The position numbers and the translations under genes are program-made. A stretch of 63,967 nucleotides of DNA, filler included, from Octopus bimaculoides (taxonomy: Eukaryota): NCBI RefSeq assembly GCF_001194135.2. It is 4 parts of 4 records of this genome, joined end to end, with 100 filler letters (N's around TTAATTAATTAA, not from the genome) between each part and the next. Parts side by side here need not be neighbours in the genome. Positions count along the whole stretch, not along the records: positions 31,701 to 60,968 come from NC_068995.1; positions 61,069 to 62,846 come from NW_026326445.1; positions 62,947 to 63,967 come from NW_026375594.1; 1 more part is not named here. One strand, 5' to 3'. Every line of letters begins with the position of its first letter. The first letter of the stretch is position 1. The notes beneath the pieces were generated by a model. That model ran no database searches. It saw only the letters and a program-made list of their open reading frames with translations, and was not told where the DNA came from. Of this stretch, positions 50,201 to 63,967 are shown piece by piece.

Positions 50201-52326
50201 CTGTTACATCAGTTGCAGAGATTATCTCAAGATGGCATCATGGAATAAGTTTGTTTACTGTGAGGAGGAGGAGGAGGAGGAGCAGGAGGCTAACGTTTTA
50301 GGCAGGACTCTTCAGTGGATGATAAAACGTTAGATCTTTTCTCTTCTCTTCATCATCTTCCTCATAGCAAATTAACTTCTTCTTTGTGAACATTTCATAC
50401 TTAGTATATACTGACAGAGACCATCCCTAGTTCCTTGGATTCTACTGTTTCAACTACAGAGTGGTTGTTAGAGGCCCAAATGGAATATGCTTTGCAGTAT
50501 TAATTGCAGCTCTCTCTGTTTTGAGTTCAAACCCAATATCAGTCAACTTTGCTGCTTTCAACCTTATGGGGGTCGATTAATACTAATCTAGAGGGAGATT
50601 GATTGAATGTTACAGCATCTAGGGATATATCTTGTATGATTTGCTTTGGCCCTGCAATTCTGTCTTCTGTTACTGGCAAAAACAGTGACAGATTTGGGAA
50701 GTCCTTAAACGAATATCTGAATATTTCAACTGATTACTTTCAGTGCCAGCAGATCAGCTGGTATGGGGAGAAAGGCAGGGGTACATTCATGCCCAATGCA
50801 CTCAACAAACAAGTCACACATTTATAAAGAGTTGGACATATGTAAGAGATGCTTTACACATTGAAAGCTCTTTCTTTCTCTCCAATGATTCCAGATAAAC
50901 AAAGAGCGGGGTAAATAGCAATTCATTGCTATACATTTTCTGCTAATTCTATTAATGATAGTAGTTGAAGACATTATTGGTCAGTTGTGATGATTGGCAC
51001 CTCTTGCTTGCAATGTCTTTATATTCTGTTTGAATGAAAATGCAAAAAAATAAAAAAATAAATGAATTAAAAAAAAATTTTAACTTGAAATATCTTTTTA
51101 CTTCTGTTCTCTGCAAAATATGGTTGGACTGTAATTAAATGAAGACGTGAAAGAGAATTTAAAGATGTTTTCGCCTGGACTGTGGATGTAAATGAATCTA
51201 AACACTCAATATTCAGTAATGCAATAAGTACTGCTGTTACAATAATAAAACTAACGAGTTATTTATTATTGTCATATTGCAATAAATGCTGGGTGTGTTA
51301 TCATCATCTATGACTATCATCATCACCTACAAGTGTCATCGTCATCATCTAAGACAGTCATCATCATCATCATCATCAACCATGGTTCATGAAACCAATG
51401 AAGGAGCCTCTACATGGTTGCTTGGTAAGCTAGAAAAAGAAACAACTGCTGTATCTCCCTCAACTCACGCACTAGTATCTTTCAAAAATGAATGTTACAT
51501 TGCATAATATAGTCCTAGATGGACTGTTTTGCAAAGAAAAAAGAAAAAGACAAAAGTGGTGGTGGTGGCGTGACTGAACACCTTTGATGACAGGTCGGCT
51601 CTGTTAGGTATGACTTAATACTGAACAACAACAACAACAACAACAATGGTGCCTCTAGTAACTCAAGATATTGGGTCTGATTACTGTCATGAACGGATGT
51701 TATCGACCAGATAGATGACGGTACCTGGTGGTTTCATTGACTTATTAATTACAGTTTTGTGGTCCCATTACTTTAGAGACATTGACACTCCATCATTTTA
51801 CTTCATCATAATTCATATTTTTACACGCTGCCGTTACTCCACAATGCTCCTGATGTATTAAAGAAATAAGTAATATTCATTATTGATTTATTGAATAAAC
51901 GCATTCACTCATTATGTACTGATACTTTCTATAGCTTTCTTATGATTATGTGTAGTCTCTCTGTCATGTGGCATGTTGGACAAGTGTCTTCTACTATAGC
52001 CTCAGGCTGACCATAGCCTTGTAAATGGATTTGGTAGACAGAAACTGAAAGAAGCCCATCATGTATGTATATATATATAATACACAAACACACACACGTG
52101 TGTGTCTTTGTCTCTGTGTTCTCTGTGTTTGTCCCCCATCACTGCTTGACAACTGGTGTTGGTGTGTTTACATCCCCATAACACCGGTTTGGCAAAAGAG
52201 ACTGATAGAATAAGTACTAGGCTTACAAAGAATAAGTCCTGGGGTCGATTTCTTCAACTAAAAACCCCTTTAAAGCGGTGTTCCAGCATGGCCACATTGA
52301 AATAGCTGACACGAGTAACAGTAACA

Positions 52327-52374
<48 letters not shown>

Positions 52375-52629
52375 ACATGTATGGGCTGAGTTTCACTACA
52401 GCTGTTGAAGATACGGTCTTTATTGTTGAACAAATCAATTACATCTTGCGAAAAGAAAAACTGTTTTCTTCTAGTGAATTAACATTTAAATCTTAAATTT
52501 ATCATTTAAGATTTTGCACAAAAAGAATGTAGAATGTGTTTTGGCTCCCTTTATTTCAATATGATGCTCAAAAGAGTGAGGGGGATGTCAGGCTAGGTGG
52601 ACATACGCTGGTCATAGCAAATGAATGTG

Positions 52630-53250
52630 AGATACTTGTGTATCTAATTTTTTTATCTGATACTTGTGTATCAACCATTTTTTATCTGTGGACTCCTTTG
52701 ATTACTACTTATTCTTGTGGACCCCCCCCCCTAGTCATTTGATATTTAAAAACTAGTTTTATAGAAGCTTCTTCCAAAAATTTGTATTTTGTTATTCACA
52801 CATTAACTTGTGTACAATAAATTATGAAATATGTTCAAGAAAGAAACCAAACTGTTTCTTGCAATACATATCAATACATACAACTAAAGCAAATTTTTTC
52901 AGGGGCCCTTAAAATATTACTGTTGATCCCCAATTTACTATTTTGCATGCACAGATCCCTTTGATTCCTATTTAATTCTTGTGGACCCCCCATAGCCATT
53001 CGATGTTTAAAAACTAGTTTTGTAGGAACTTCTTTCAAAATTCCTCTTTTGTTATTCACACGTTGTGTAGATTGAATTGTTTAAAACATTTGAGAAAGAA
53101 ACCTAGCTGTTTCTTGCAATACATCTAAAACAAATTTTTTCAGGGGCCTTTAAAATACTGCTGTGGATCCCCAATTTACTATTTTGTGTGGCCCCTCCAA
53201 AATCTTATGTGGACCTTCAGGGGCCATATGGACCCTGGTTGAGATTTATT
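52630..53250. mobile_element. Same hAT-type MITE family with an internal tandem duplication
   Basis: Shares attcttgtggaccccc...gaaagaaacc...ggaccctggttgag with 44075-44778. Internal segment repeated (about 52700-52960 and 52960-53170). Confidence 0.6.
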
Positions 53251-56241
53251 ATTAAATTTACTAGGGTGATGTTTTCTACACTTGTATATTAGTTTCCATG
53301 GTCCATGGTTTTCAAAGGTCTGTATAAACTTATGTTGAAGGTGTAGGGAGTGTTATCTGTGTTAAATATACATAAATATACATGTTCTGTTCCAACTAAT
53401 TCACATGCATGATAGACCAAAGGGGTGAGTGAATGAAATCATGCTCCTGGGTATGTATTTGTTATTTATGCCATTATGTCACATGAATATTGTGTGTATA
53501 TGTATGTATAAAACAATCATGGCTTAGTGGTTAGGGTGTCACACTCATGGTTGCAAGATCATGGTTTCAACTCCCAGACTGGATGTTGTGTTGTGTTCTT
53601 GAGCAAAGCACTTCATTTCATGTTGCTCTGCAATCATTTCGTCATCTGATACTTGGCATGCTGTACTCCTCAGTAGGTAATGTCAATTTGATGAAGAGAG
53701 TGAGGTTATGTGAACACAAACATCACTATAAACAAATCATCTGTGTGGTTGTTCAGCAACAAATTGCAGAACCCTTATATGGCATCTAACAACAGGAGAG
53801 TCCCTGATGTATATATATATATATATAACCACTATTTATCTCTTTGTGGCTCTACCTGTTCATACTCATCTTCTCTTCTAAGTGTGGTAGCCATGCAGCT
53901 CCTCTATAAGAATCTCTTCTGCCTCCTTCTCTCATACTTTAAACCACTCATTTCCTGACAATACTTTTTTTACCCTTGGGAGTTCATAGTCTGGTAAGCT
54001 GCATGGTAACCTCACCTGTGCTGGTGGCATGAAAGAGGAAAAGCACCCAGTACATGCTGTAAAGTAGTTGTCCTTAGGAAGAGTTTTCAGTTGTAGAAAC
54101 CATGCCAAAGCAAAGACTGGAGTATGATGTACTCCTTGGACCCTGTCAATATTTTACATCAGTCATATGTTTGAGGGATTCTACAGCTGGATACACGCAT
54201 GCACATACATATATACATACGCCCTTGGAGTGGTATTAATAGTCAGAAATCAGAGCAGGCAGAGTTATATCCCTTGTACAGGGCACACCACGGTGGTGTG
54301 TATTTCGATTTGGACTCGGGGACTATATTGTCAAAGATCCTGTTGGCTAATGAATTAACCTTAAGTAGTTTATTATACAGGGTGTCTACAAAGTCTGGGT
54401 ACATGGGGATTAACACATACTTTAAGAAATTATTATTTCTTATATTTAGTTCAAATGTTGTCAAAGTTATCTTGGTTTTTTTTTAATCCTTCTGTGGTTG
54501 ATAAACATACATCCAGACTAGGGCAGTGGATTGTTAAAATCTTTAGTGTTGGCTATGGTATCTTGCAATATTTGTTCTAGGCCCTATTTTCTGAGTTCAA
54601 ACGCCGTGGTTTTTTTACTGGGTGGTCGATTTAATTTGTTACTCAGTTTAACCCCCCCCCTCCTGGTTCTTGGATGCTCTTAGCAGAGTCCACTCTGTTG
54701 CTAGCACTGAAGCCAAATTTCTAACTTAAGGATGCTTTCCTTCCTTCCTCCCCTCATCCCACTAGAATTGGATATTCTCTGTAGTGTTATGCGTATTGCC
54801 CTGCCTAAATATTTAAATGTAAAAGTAATTTGGAGGTGATTTAGGTTGAATAATTGGTGTTAGGAAGGGCGTCCAGCTGTAGAAACTATTCCAAAGCTGA
54901 CTTTGGCATTGGATGCAGCCTTGCAGCATCCTGTCAAAACTGTCCAACTCATTCCAGTATGGAGAATGGATATTAAATGATGAAGAATTACTAAAGATGT
55001 TGAATAACAAGATTATAATTTTTCAAACTATTCATCTCGTGTTTAAAGCTGAAAGATTTTTTATACTTGCATTTTTTTCACAGTATTTCAATTTGTTTGA
55101 TTGCTGATGCTCATCAGCATTTTATCATATTATTTCCTGGATGTGTGGATATTAGCAGACTGGAATTGAACTTGAGGCCTTTATTTCTAAACTAAGGTTA
55201 GTAACAGTCTTATCTTCTAGCTCAGAGTACATTTGGACTTTTGGTGGCTTTGAATTGGTTACGATGGAGCGAGGTCGTTGCCAGTGCCGCTGGACCGGCT
55301 CCTGTGCAGGTGGCATGTAAAATACACCATTTTGAGCCTGGCCGTTACCAGTACCGCCTGACTGGCCTTCGTGCCGGTGGAACGTAAAAGCACCCACTAC
55401 ACTTTCAGAGTGGTTGGCGTTAGGAAGGGCATCCAACTGTAGAAACTCTGCCAAATCAGATTGGAGCTTGGTGTAGCCACCTGGCTCACCAGTCCTCAGT
55501 CAAATCGTCCAACCCATGCTAGCATGGAAAGCGGACGTTAAACGATGATGATGCGTGTTCCAGTTGATCTCATCAATGGAACAGCCTACTCGTGAAATTA
55601 ATGTGCAAGTGGCTGAGTACTCCATAGACACATGTACCCTTAACGTAGTTCTCAGAGAGAGTCAGCTGACACAAGATGTGATAAGGCTGGTCCTTTGAAT
55701 ACTGGTACAACTCACTTTTGCCAGCCAAAGGAACTGGAGCAATGTGAAATAAAATGGCTTGCTCAAGGACACATTGTGTCTCTGAGAATAGAACTCATGA
55801 CCTTGCAATCGTGAGCCAAGTACCCTAACCACTAAGCCATGCACCTTTTGAAGAATATTCAGTTAATTAAACAACAATCTTAATCTAGAATTATTCTTAC
55901 TATAAATGTTTGTTTAGAGACTTTATCTTTGTGTCTTATCCGCATTGTTTCGTCCTTAATATCTAATTTTTAATGTTTTACTCAGTGTCTTAATTTCAGT
56001 ATCAATGTCTCACTTGAAATCTTTTATTCCCTTTGTCTTATCCTCAAATAAATATATTACTGTAGACATAGGAGAGAAGGAAGCCCCTTGTTTTTCCTGT
56101 TGAGCTTTTTTTGTGAAAAAGCATGAATGTCAATGGTTCTTTGTCTCATATATATACTCTACATACACATTGAGCTCTCTTTCTTCTAGAGGTAACCTTA
56201 TCTTGTAATTACACACACATACACACATTTATGTGTATGTG

Positions 56242-56278
<37 letters not shown>

Positions 56279-56994
56279 NNNNNNNNNNNNNNNNNNNNNN
56301 NNNNNNNNNNNNNNNNNNNNNNNNNNNNNNNNNNNNNNNNNNNNNNNNNNNNNNNNNNNNNNNNNNNNNNNNNNNNNNNNNNNNNNNNNNNNNNNNNNNN
56401 NNNNNNNNNNNNNNNNNNNNNNNNNNNNNNNNNNNNNNNNNNNNNNNNNNNNNNNNNNNNNNNNNNNNNNNNNNNNNNNNNNNNNNNNNNNNNNNNNNNN
56501 NNNNNNNNNNNNNNNNNNNNNNNNNNNNNNNNNNNNNNNNNNNNNNNNNNNNNNNNNNNNNNNNNNNNNNNNNNNNNNNNNNNNNNNNNNNNNNNNNNNN
56601 NNNNNNNNNNNNNNNNNNNNNNNNNNNNNNNNNNNNNNNNNNNNNNNNNNNNNNNNNNNNNNNNNNNNNNNNNNNNNNNNNNNNNNNNNNNNNNNNNNNN
56701 NNNNNNNNNNNNNNNNNNNNNNNNNNNNNNNNNNNNNNNNNNNNNNNNNNNNNNNNNNNNNNNNNNNNNNNNNNNNNNNNNNNNNNNNNNNNNNNNNNNN
56801 NNNNNNNNNNNNNNNNNNNNNNNNNNNNNNNNNNNNNNNNNNNNNNNNNNNNNNNNNNNNNNNNNNNNNNNNNNNNNNNNNNNNNNNNNNNNNNNNNNNN
56901 NNNNNNNNNNNNNNNNNNNNNNNNNNNNNNNNNNNNNNNNNNNNNNNNNNNNNNNNNNNNNNNNNNNNNNNNNNNNNNNNNNNNNNNNNNNNNN

Positions 56995-57040
<46 letters not shown>

Positions 57041-59199
57041 TATATATGTACACACACACATGCACACACGTAGCCTATTTATTAATCTAAGGTCTTGTGT
57101 GTATGATCCAAACCCATAAGGGTAGATCAAAATGATAGGAAGTGCATGAATATTGTAACATCCCATCTCTCTTATATAAATCTGATGAGGTGTGTATCTT
57201 TGTTTTCTTTATGGTGGTGGGGCAGAATGACATGTATATCACATCTTTTTCGGATCTGGAACTGTTATGCCTAGTGTAAGATTTGGTGGTAGAATTGTTA
57301 AAGCATTAGTGTAAATTCCTTGTTAGCAATGACTGGTCCTCAGTATCTTATTCTCAAAGAATTATCATTAATATTACATTGTCACTATTTGTGAAATTAA
57401 CATGCAAGTGGCTTTAGGTGCAGGTATGGGTGTACGGTTAAGAAGTTTGCTTCATAATCAAATCATTTCTGGTTCAGTTTCACTGTGTGGTACCTTGAAC
57501 AAGTGTCTTTAACATTTCTGGGCTGACTAAAGCCTTGTGAGTAGATTTGGTAGTTGAAGCCTCTGTGTGTGTGTGTATATATGTATGTTTATGTGTGTGT
57601 TTTTGTCCCCTTGTGTTGACTGTATGTGATAGTTGTAAACAGGCGTGACTGTGTGATAAGAAGCTTGCTTCCCAACCACAGCCTTGGGCTGACCAAAGCC
57701 TTGTGAGTGGATTTGGTAGACGGAAACTGAAAGAAGCCTGTCATATCTATATAGATATATGTGTGTGTGTTTGTCCCCCCCNNNNNNNNNNNNNNNNNNN
57801 NNNNNNNNNNNNNNNNNNNNNNNNNNNNNNNNNNNNNNNNNNNNNNNNNNNNNNNNNNNNNNNNNNNNNNNNNNNNNNNNNNNNNNNNNNNNNNNNNNNN
57901 NNNNNNNNNNNNNNNNNNNNNNNNNNNNNNNNNNNNNNNNNNNNNNNNNNNNNNNNNNNNNNNNNNNNNNNNNNNNNNNNNNNNNNNNNNNNNNNNNNNN
58001 NNNNNNNNNNNNNNNNNNNNNNNNNNNNNNNNNNNNNNNNNNNNNNNNNNAACATCGCTTCACAACTGATGTTGGTGCATTTATGTCCCCATAACTTAGC
58101 GGTTCAGCAAAAGAAGAGAGCAATAGAATAAGTACTAGGATTACAAAGAATAAGTCCTGGGGTCGAGTTGCTCAACTAAACGTGGTGCTCCAGCATGGCC
58201 GCAGTCAAATGACTGAAACAAGTAAAAGAATAAAAGAGCATGTGTGTGTGTATGTGTGCGTGTGTTTCTCTCTGTGTGTCAAAACTCTGCCTACTGTTTG
58301 ACAACCAGTGTTGGTTTGTTTACATCCTTGTAAGCTAGTAATTCCAGCTAAAGAGACCAATAGAATAAGTACCAGATTTATGAAAAAACTTAAGTATCAG
58401 TGGCAATTTATTGAAAAAAAAAGAAAAAAAAAAAAAANNNNNNNNNNAAAAAAAAAAAAAAAAAAAAAAAGAACCGGTGGTACTCCAGTATGGCCAGTGT
58501 CCAATGACTGAAACAATTAAAAGATAAAAGACAAACAAAACTGATACTGATGAAAACGAATTCCAATGATGTGGTGGTGTTCATCTCAGTCATCTCATGT
58601 TCTATGACCATTCTCTAAAGAAACTGGCTTTATAGTACTAGTAGCTGCATGTAGAAGCTATTACATTTCCTCCATTGTTCTGGAACTGGTCTTCTACGTT
58701 CTCACTTGTATTATCCTCTCTCACAGAAACCGCTAAAGTACCAATGGAATATGGCCTTTCGTTTATTTAGATTCACACTTTATACTTTGTGTAAAAGACT
58801 CAATTAATAACAATAATGATGCCAAGTGGAATTTTGACATTTTTCTCTCACATCAGAGAATATTACAGCAGTTATAATAACATGTTTGGTAAATAATAGC
58901 ATGTCTTGTCATAACACAGAGCTTCCAACTTTTAAATTATGAATATAAAAATAGAAAGATTTATTAGATGTTTGCATATTCTCACAATCTCTATTTTTTT
59001 TTTTTGTGGCTATTTTGTTTTGTTTTTTTAAACTTTTCAGAATGTCTTGATGGAATTGCTGGTGTCATCTCACAGTTGTTGTTGTTTAGAGTTTGTTGTT
59101 CAGCTGAAATCTGGTCGTTGTCATTCTTGTCGAATGTGTTGCCATTTTACAATCATGATATAGGATATGGTGTCATCTGTGTTCTCTCTCTCTCTCTCG

Positions 59200-59246
<47 letters not shown>

Positions 59247-59919
59247 NNNNNNNNNNNNNNNNNNNNNNNNNNNNNNNNNNNNNNNNNNNNNNNNNNNNNN
59301 NNNNNNNNNNNNNNNNNNNNNNNNNNNNNNNNNNNNNNNNNNNNNNNNNNNNNNNNNNNNNNNNNNNNNNNNNNNNNNNNNNNNNNNNNNNNNNNNNNNN
59401 NNNNNNNNNNNNNNNNNNNNNNNNNNNNNNNNNNNNNNNNNNNNNNNNNNNNNNNNNNNNNNNNNNNNNNNNNNNNNNNNNNNNNNNNNNNNNNNNNNNN
59501 NNNNNNNNNNNNNNNNNNNNNNNNNNNNNNNNNNNNNNNNNNNNNNNNNNNNNNNNNNNNNNNNNNNNNNNNNNNNNNNNNNNNNNNNNNNNNNNNNNNN
59601 NNNNNNNNNNNNNNNNNNNNNNNNNNNNNNNNNNNNNNNNNNNNNNNNNNNNNNNNNNNNNNNNNNNNNNNNNNNNNNNNNNNNNNNNNNNNNNNNNNNN
59701 NNNNNNNNNNNNNNNNNNNNNNNNNNNNNNNNNNNNNNNNNNNNNNNNNNNNNNNNNNNNNNNNNNNNNNNNNNNNNNNNNNNNNNNNNNNNNNNNNNNN
59801 NNNNNNNNNNNNNNNNNNNNNNNNNNNNNNNNNNNNNNNNNNNNNNNNNNNNNNNNNNNNNNNNNNNNNNNNNNNNNNNNNNNNNNNNNNNNNNNNNNNN
59901 NNNNNNNNNNNNNNNNNNN

Positions 59920-59967
<48 letters not shown>

Positions 59968-60367
59968 CATACATGACTGGCTTTTACATAGTTTTTATTC
60001 TATCAAACTCACTCAGGCTGCATTGGTTAGCCCAGAATTATAATAGAAGCTTGTCCAAGATAACACACAGTGGGACTGAAACTGAAGCCATGTGGTTGTG
60101 AAGTGAATTTCTTAAGCAGATATTCATGTCATAAATACTACATAAAAACTACTCAATCTTCTTCAGCTTCATTCAGTAGAAGCAACAACAACAATAATAA
60201 TAGGTGCAAGAGTGGCAGTGTGGTAAGTAGCTCGCTTACCAACCACATGATCCTGGGTTCAGTCCCGCTGCGTGACACCTTGGTCAAGTGTCTTCTGCTA
60301 TGGCTTCAGGCCAACCAAAGCCTTGTGAGTGGATTTGTCAGACGGAAACTGAAAGAAGCCCGTCATG

Positions 60368-60400
<33 letters not shown>

Positions 60401-61068
60401 GTATATGTTTGTGTGTCTGTGTTTGACCCCTATCATTATCACTCGACAACCGATGTTGGTGTGTTTACATCCCCGTAACTTAGCAGTTCGGCAAAAGTGA
60501 CTGATAGAATAAGTACTAAGCTTACAAAGAATAATCCCGGGCTCGATTCGTTTGACTATATAGTAACAAAAAGGCTGTATATTACTAAGCTGGGCTGTGG
60601 GTGAAGTAAGAATATAAATACATGTTTACCCTTGTCTTATGCCATCTATTTTCAAGCTTCGTAATATCTGCATTTATTATTAAGGTGGCAAGCTGGTTGA
60701 AACGTTAGCATGCCAGGCAAAATGCTTAGTAGTCTTTATGTTCTGAGTTCAAATTCTGCCGAGGTCGACTTTGCTTTTCATCCTTTTGTGGTCGATAAAT
60801 TAAGTACTAGTTGTGTACTGGGGTCGATCTAATCGACTGGCCCCCTCCCCAAAATTCTGGGCCTTGTGCCTAGAGTAGAAAAGAATATTTATATTTATTT
60901 CAGTTTCTGTATTTCCATTGCTTCAAACAATTCTGGCTAAACTCCTTGTTTCTCTTGCCAAGCTAGTTNNNNNNNNNNNNNNNNNNNNNNNNNNNNNNNN
61001 NNNNNNNNNNNNTTAATTAATTAANNNNNNNNNNNNNNNNNNNNNNNNNNNNNNNNNNNNNNNNNNNN

Positions 61069-61396
61069 ACTTTTCGCTTCACGAAATCATCGATCAGTTC
61101 AGAATAATCAAGCTGAGAGCTATGTTCGTGTTCAACAGATATCAGAGACAATCCACAAAGCCTGGTACACGTTCGTGGTACATTGTAATATTTTTACAAG
61201 AAACTTTTGCAGGTACAATGTATTATTATCATTTTATTTCTTGAAAATTTCAGTTAACATAATTTAATTCTTGTTCGACATCTTAATCAAAATAAATAGA
61301 TGACTCGTCTACGTACTTTGATCCTAACATGGGGCCCCTCAACTGCGGAAGGCCCCCTGCGACCACAAGGATTGCAGGGGCTTAGCGACAGCCCTG
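61069..61396 (-). mobile_element. hAT transposon derivative
   Basis: Minus-strand RLCGLSLISVEHEHSSQLDYSELIDDFVKRK (hAT C-terminal dimerisation region) and a cagggctgtcgctaag...ggggcccc terminus. Confidence 0.65.
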
Positions 61397-62946
61397 GTGC
61401 TTAGGGCATCAAGGGAAGGCGGGGACAACACAGAAATGGTGAATGGTTTACGGCATGAAATTAATCACTTTAAACTTGCTGAAATAATATTGAAAATGGT
61501 TTATATGATCGGAAATATAATTTCGAAGTGTTCATGGCGTCATAGTGAGGACCTAATCAAAGACTTTGCAATTTAAAAAAAAAGTAGAAGAACATTTTTT
61601 AAATGGAAAGAAAAACTTTTTAAAGTGAAAATAAACGAAAAAAAAACCTCTATTTTCCATCTTACTGTTAGTTTTGTTTCATTTTGGAAAATAAAAATTT
61701 GGTTTATGGTTTATAATTATTTATATTTTGGCTTACATATATGTGAAGGCACCAAGATCTTTTAAGTGCTTANNNNNNNNNNNNNNNNNNNNNNNNNNNN
61801 NNNNNNNNNNNNNNNNNNNNNNNNNNNNNNNNNNNNNNNNNNNNNNNNNNNNNNNNNNNNNNNNNNNNNNNNNNNNNNNNNNNNNNNNNNNNNNNNNNNN
61901 NNNNNNNNNNNNNNNNNNNNNNNNNNNNNNNNNNNNNNNNNNNNNNNNNNNNNNNNNNNNNNNNNNNNNNNNNNNNNNNNNNNNNNNNNNNNNNNNNNNN
62001 NNNNNNNNNNNNNNNNNNNNNNNNNNNNNNNNNNNNNNNNNNNNNNNNNNNNNNNNNNNNNNNNNNNNNNNNNNNNNNNNNNNNNNNNNNNNNNNNNNNN
62101 NNNNNNNNNNNNNNNNNNNNNNNNNNNNNNNNNNNNNNNNNNNNNNNNNNNNNNNNNNNNNNNNNNNNNNNNNNNNNNNNNNNNNNNNNNNNNNNNNNNN
62201 NNNNNNNNNNNNNNNNNNNNNNNNNNNNNNNNNNNNNNNNNNNNNNNNNNNNNNNNNNNNNNNNNNNNNNNNNNNNNNNNNNNNNNNNNNNNNNNNNNNN
62301 NNNNNNNNNNNNNNNNNNNNNNNNNNNNNNNNNNNNNNNNNNNNNNNNNNNNNNNNNNNNNNNNNNNNNNNNNNNNNNNNNNNNNNNNNNNNNNNNNNNN
62401 NNNNNNNNNNNNNNNNNNNNNNNNNNNNNNNNNNNNNNNNNNNNNNNNNNNNNNNNNNNNNNNNNNNNNNNNNNNNNNNNNNNNNNNNNNNNNNNNNNNN
62501 NNNNNNNNNNNNNNNCACACACACATACACACACACACATGCACACACACACACACACACACACCTTTTATCTTTTACTTGTTTCAGTTATTAGACTGCG
62601 GCCATGCTGGGGCACAGCCTTGAAGAATTTTGGTCGAACGAATCAACCGCAGTTCTTACATTTAAAAAAATTTTTGTAAGCCTGGTACATATATTATGGA
62701 TCTCTTTTGTCGAAACGCTATATTATGGGGGCGTAAATACACCAACACCGGTTGTCAAGCAGTGGTGGGGGACAAACACAGACAAACATACAAACATATG
62801 TGTGTATGTATATATGTATGTATGTATGTGTGTATGTATGTATGTANNNNNNNNNNNNNNNNNNNNNNNNNNNNNNNNNNNNNNNNNNNNTTAATTAATT
62901 AANNNNNNNNNNNNNNNNNNNNNNNNNNNNNNNNNNNNNNNNNNNN

Positions 62947-63967
62947 TGTCTGAGCAGCTCCATTTGGAGAGGGCACTGCTCACCCGGAGACCGGGAGGTT
63001 CTAGAAAAGGTGAACCAAAGATTGCCTGTCTTTCCATATCTGGTCAGTTTAGCGTGACTGACGGAAGTCCATCCTGCGCTCGAAAAACAAAGAGTCTTTT
63101 ATTTATAAAATCTGGACAGAACTTAATCATTTCATGTTGGAATGTGTGCACTCTGTTGGACAACAAGAGTGATTGTAGGCCTGAAAGATGCACTGCACTT
63201 GTTGCTCGTGAGCTGAACCGTTATAAAATTGATACAGCTGCACTCCCAGAGACTCATATAGAAGGTGATGGTCAGCTTGAGGAAGTAGGAGGTGGATATA
63301 CCTTTTTTTGGAAAGGAAGGCAGAAGGAGGAGTGCAGCGAGGCTGGTGTTGGTTTTGCAGTCCAATCTGATATCCTTAATAAGTTGGAAGAGCTCCCTGT
63401 TCCTATAAATGAACGTATAATGACGCTACGGTTGCACTTGAAAGGTAAGCGGTTTGCTACTCTAATAAGTTCCTATGCACCTACTTTGACTAGCTGTGAT
63501 GAAGATAAAACAATCTTTTATACTTGGCTGAGAGCCATACTTAGAAAAATCCCCAATTCTGATAAAGTCATTCTACTGGGGGATTTTAATGCCAGAGTTG
63601 GAACAGACTGGCAAACATGAAACTCTCTAGGACGTTTTGGAGTAGGGAAAATGAATAGCAATGACCTCATGCTACTGGAGCTTTGCAAAGAACATGGACT
63701 TTACATCGCAAGCACTCATTTTATGCACAAAGGTGATCACACAACAACATGGATGCAACTAAGGTCCAAAGTTAGGCACTTGCTGGATTATGTCATCATC
63801 CGCAAGCGCGACATTTATGACATTTGTAATTTGTAATGTCAAGTCCTTCCATGGATCAGAATGCTGGACAGACCACAGTCTAGTGCAAGCAAAGTTCCAA
63901 ATGGTAATTAGAGTAAGAGAGAGAAGAGGACCAGTCAGCATTCCTCGCCATCTAAATGTCCACAAGG
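62947..63967 (+). mobile_element. RTE (BovB-like) LINE 5' region, APE endonuclease
   Basis: WNVCTLLD, LVARELNRYKIDTAAL, GYTFFWKG, GVGFAV, ERIMTLRL, YAPTL, ILLGDFNARVG, LLDYVIIRK. Stops after 63620. Confidence 0.9.

Noticed and set aside
50290-50411. Minus-strand frame YTKYEMFTKKKLICYEEDDEEKRKDLTFYHPLKSPA*
   Set aside because: Weak acceptor, upstream in-frame stop and no partner exon; may simply reflect purine-rich low complexity.
58620-59160. Coding-looking frames (minus-strand Asn-rich NGNTFDKNDND...; plus-strand Cys-rich frame after the acceptor-like site at 59040)
   Set aside because: Interrupted by stops, no recognisable homology and no consistent donor/acceptor pair.

Overview
Repeat-rich, gapped animal genomic DNA. 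The SINE/LINE repertoire and gene structure look like a coleoid cephalopod, probably Octopus (inference from recalled repeat families, not a database hit). Two divergently transcribed spliced genes could be reconstructed by hand with consistent GT-AG sites and phases. (1) Minus strand: the 5' part of mitochondrial RNA polymerase POLRMT, 7 coding exons from ATG 28843 down to 3540, 517 codons (targeting peptide, long N-terminal extension, PPR region); the catalytic exons lie beyond the left edge. (2) Plus strand: a complete 4-exon, 220-aa Ashwin (C2orf49) homolog, 34863-48194. The rest is layered mobile DNA: a tRNA-Trp-primed Gypsy LTR element nested in a piggyBac end, three Penelope-like elements, several RTE LINE fragments, Tc1/mariner, pogo and hAT relics, MITEs, three abundant SINE-like families and microsatellites. 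I found no clearly new biological system. The best leads are a uORF ending 1 nt before the POLRMT start codon, the invertebrate Ashwin homolog, a triplicated and extended tRNA-Trp primer-binding site, a perfect 24-bp intronic hairpin, and inverted-repeat pairs around Ashwin exons.
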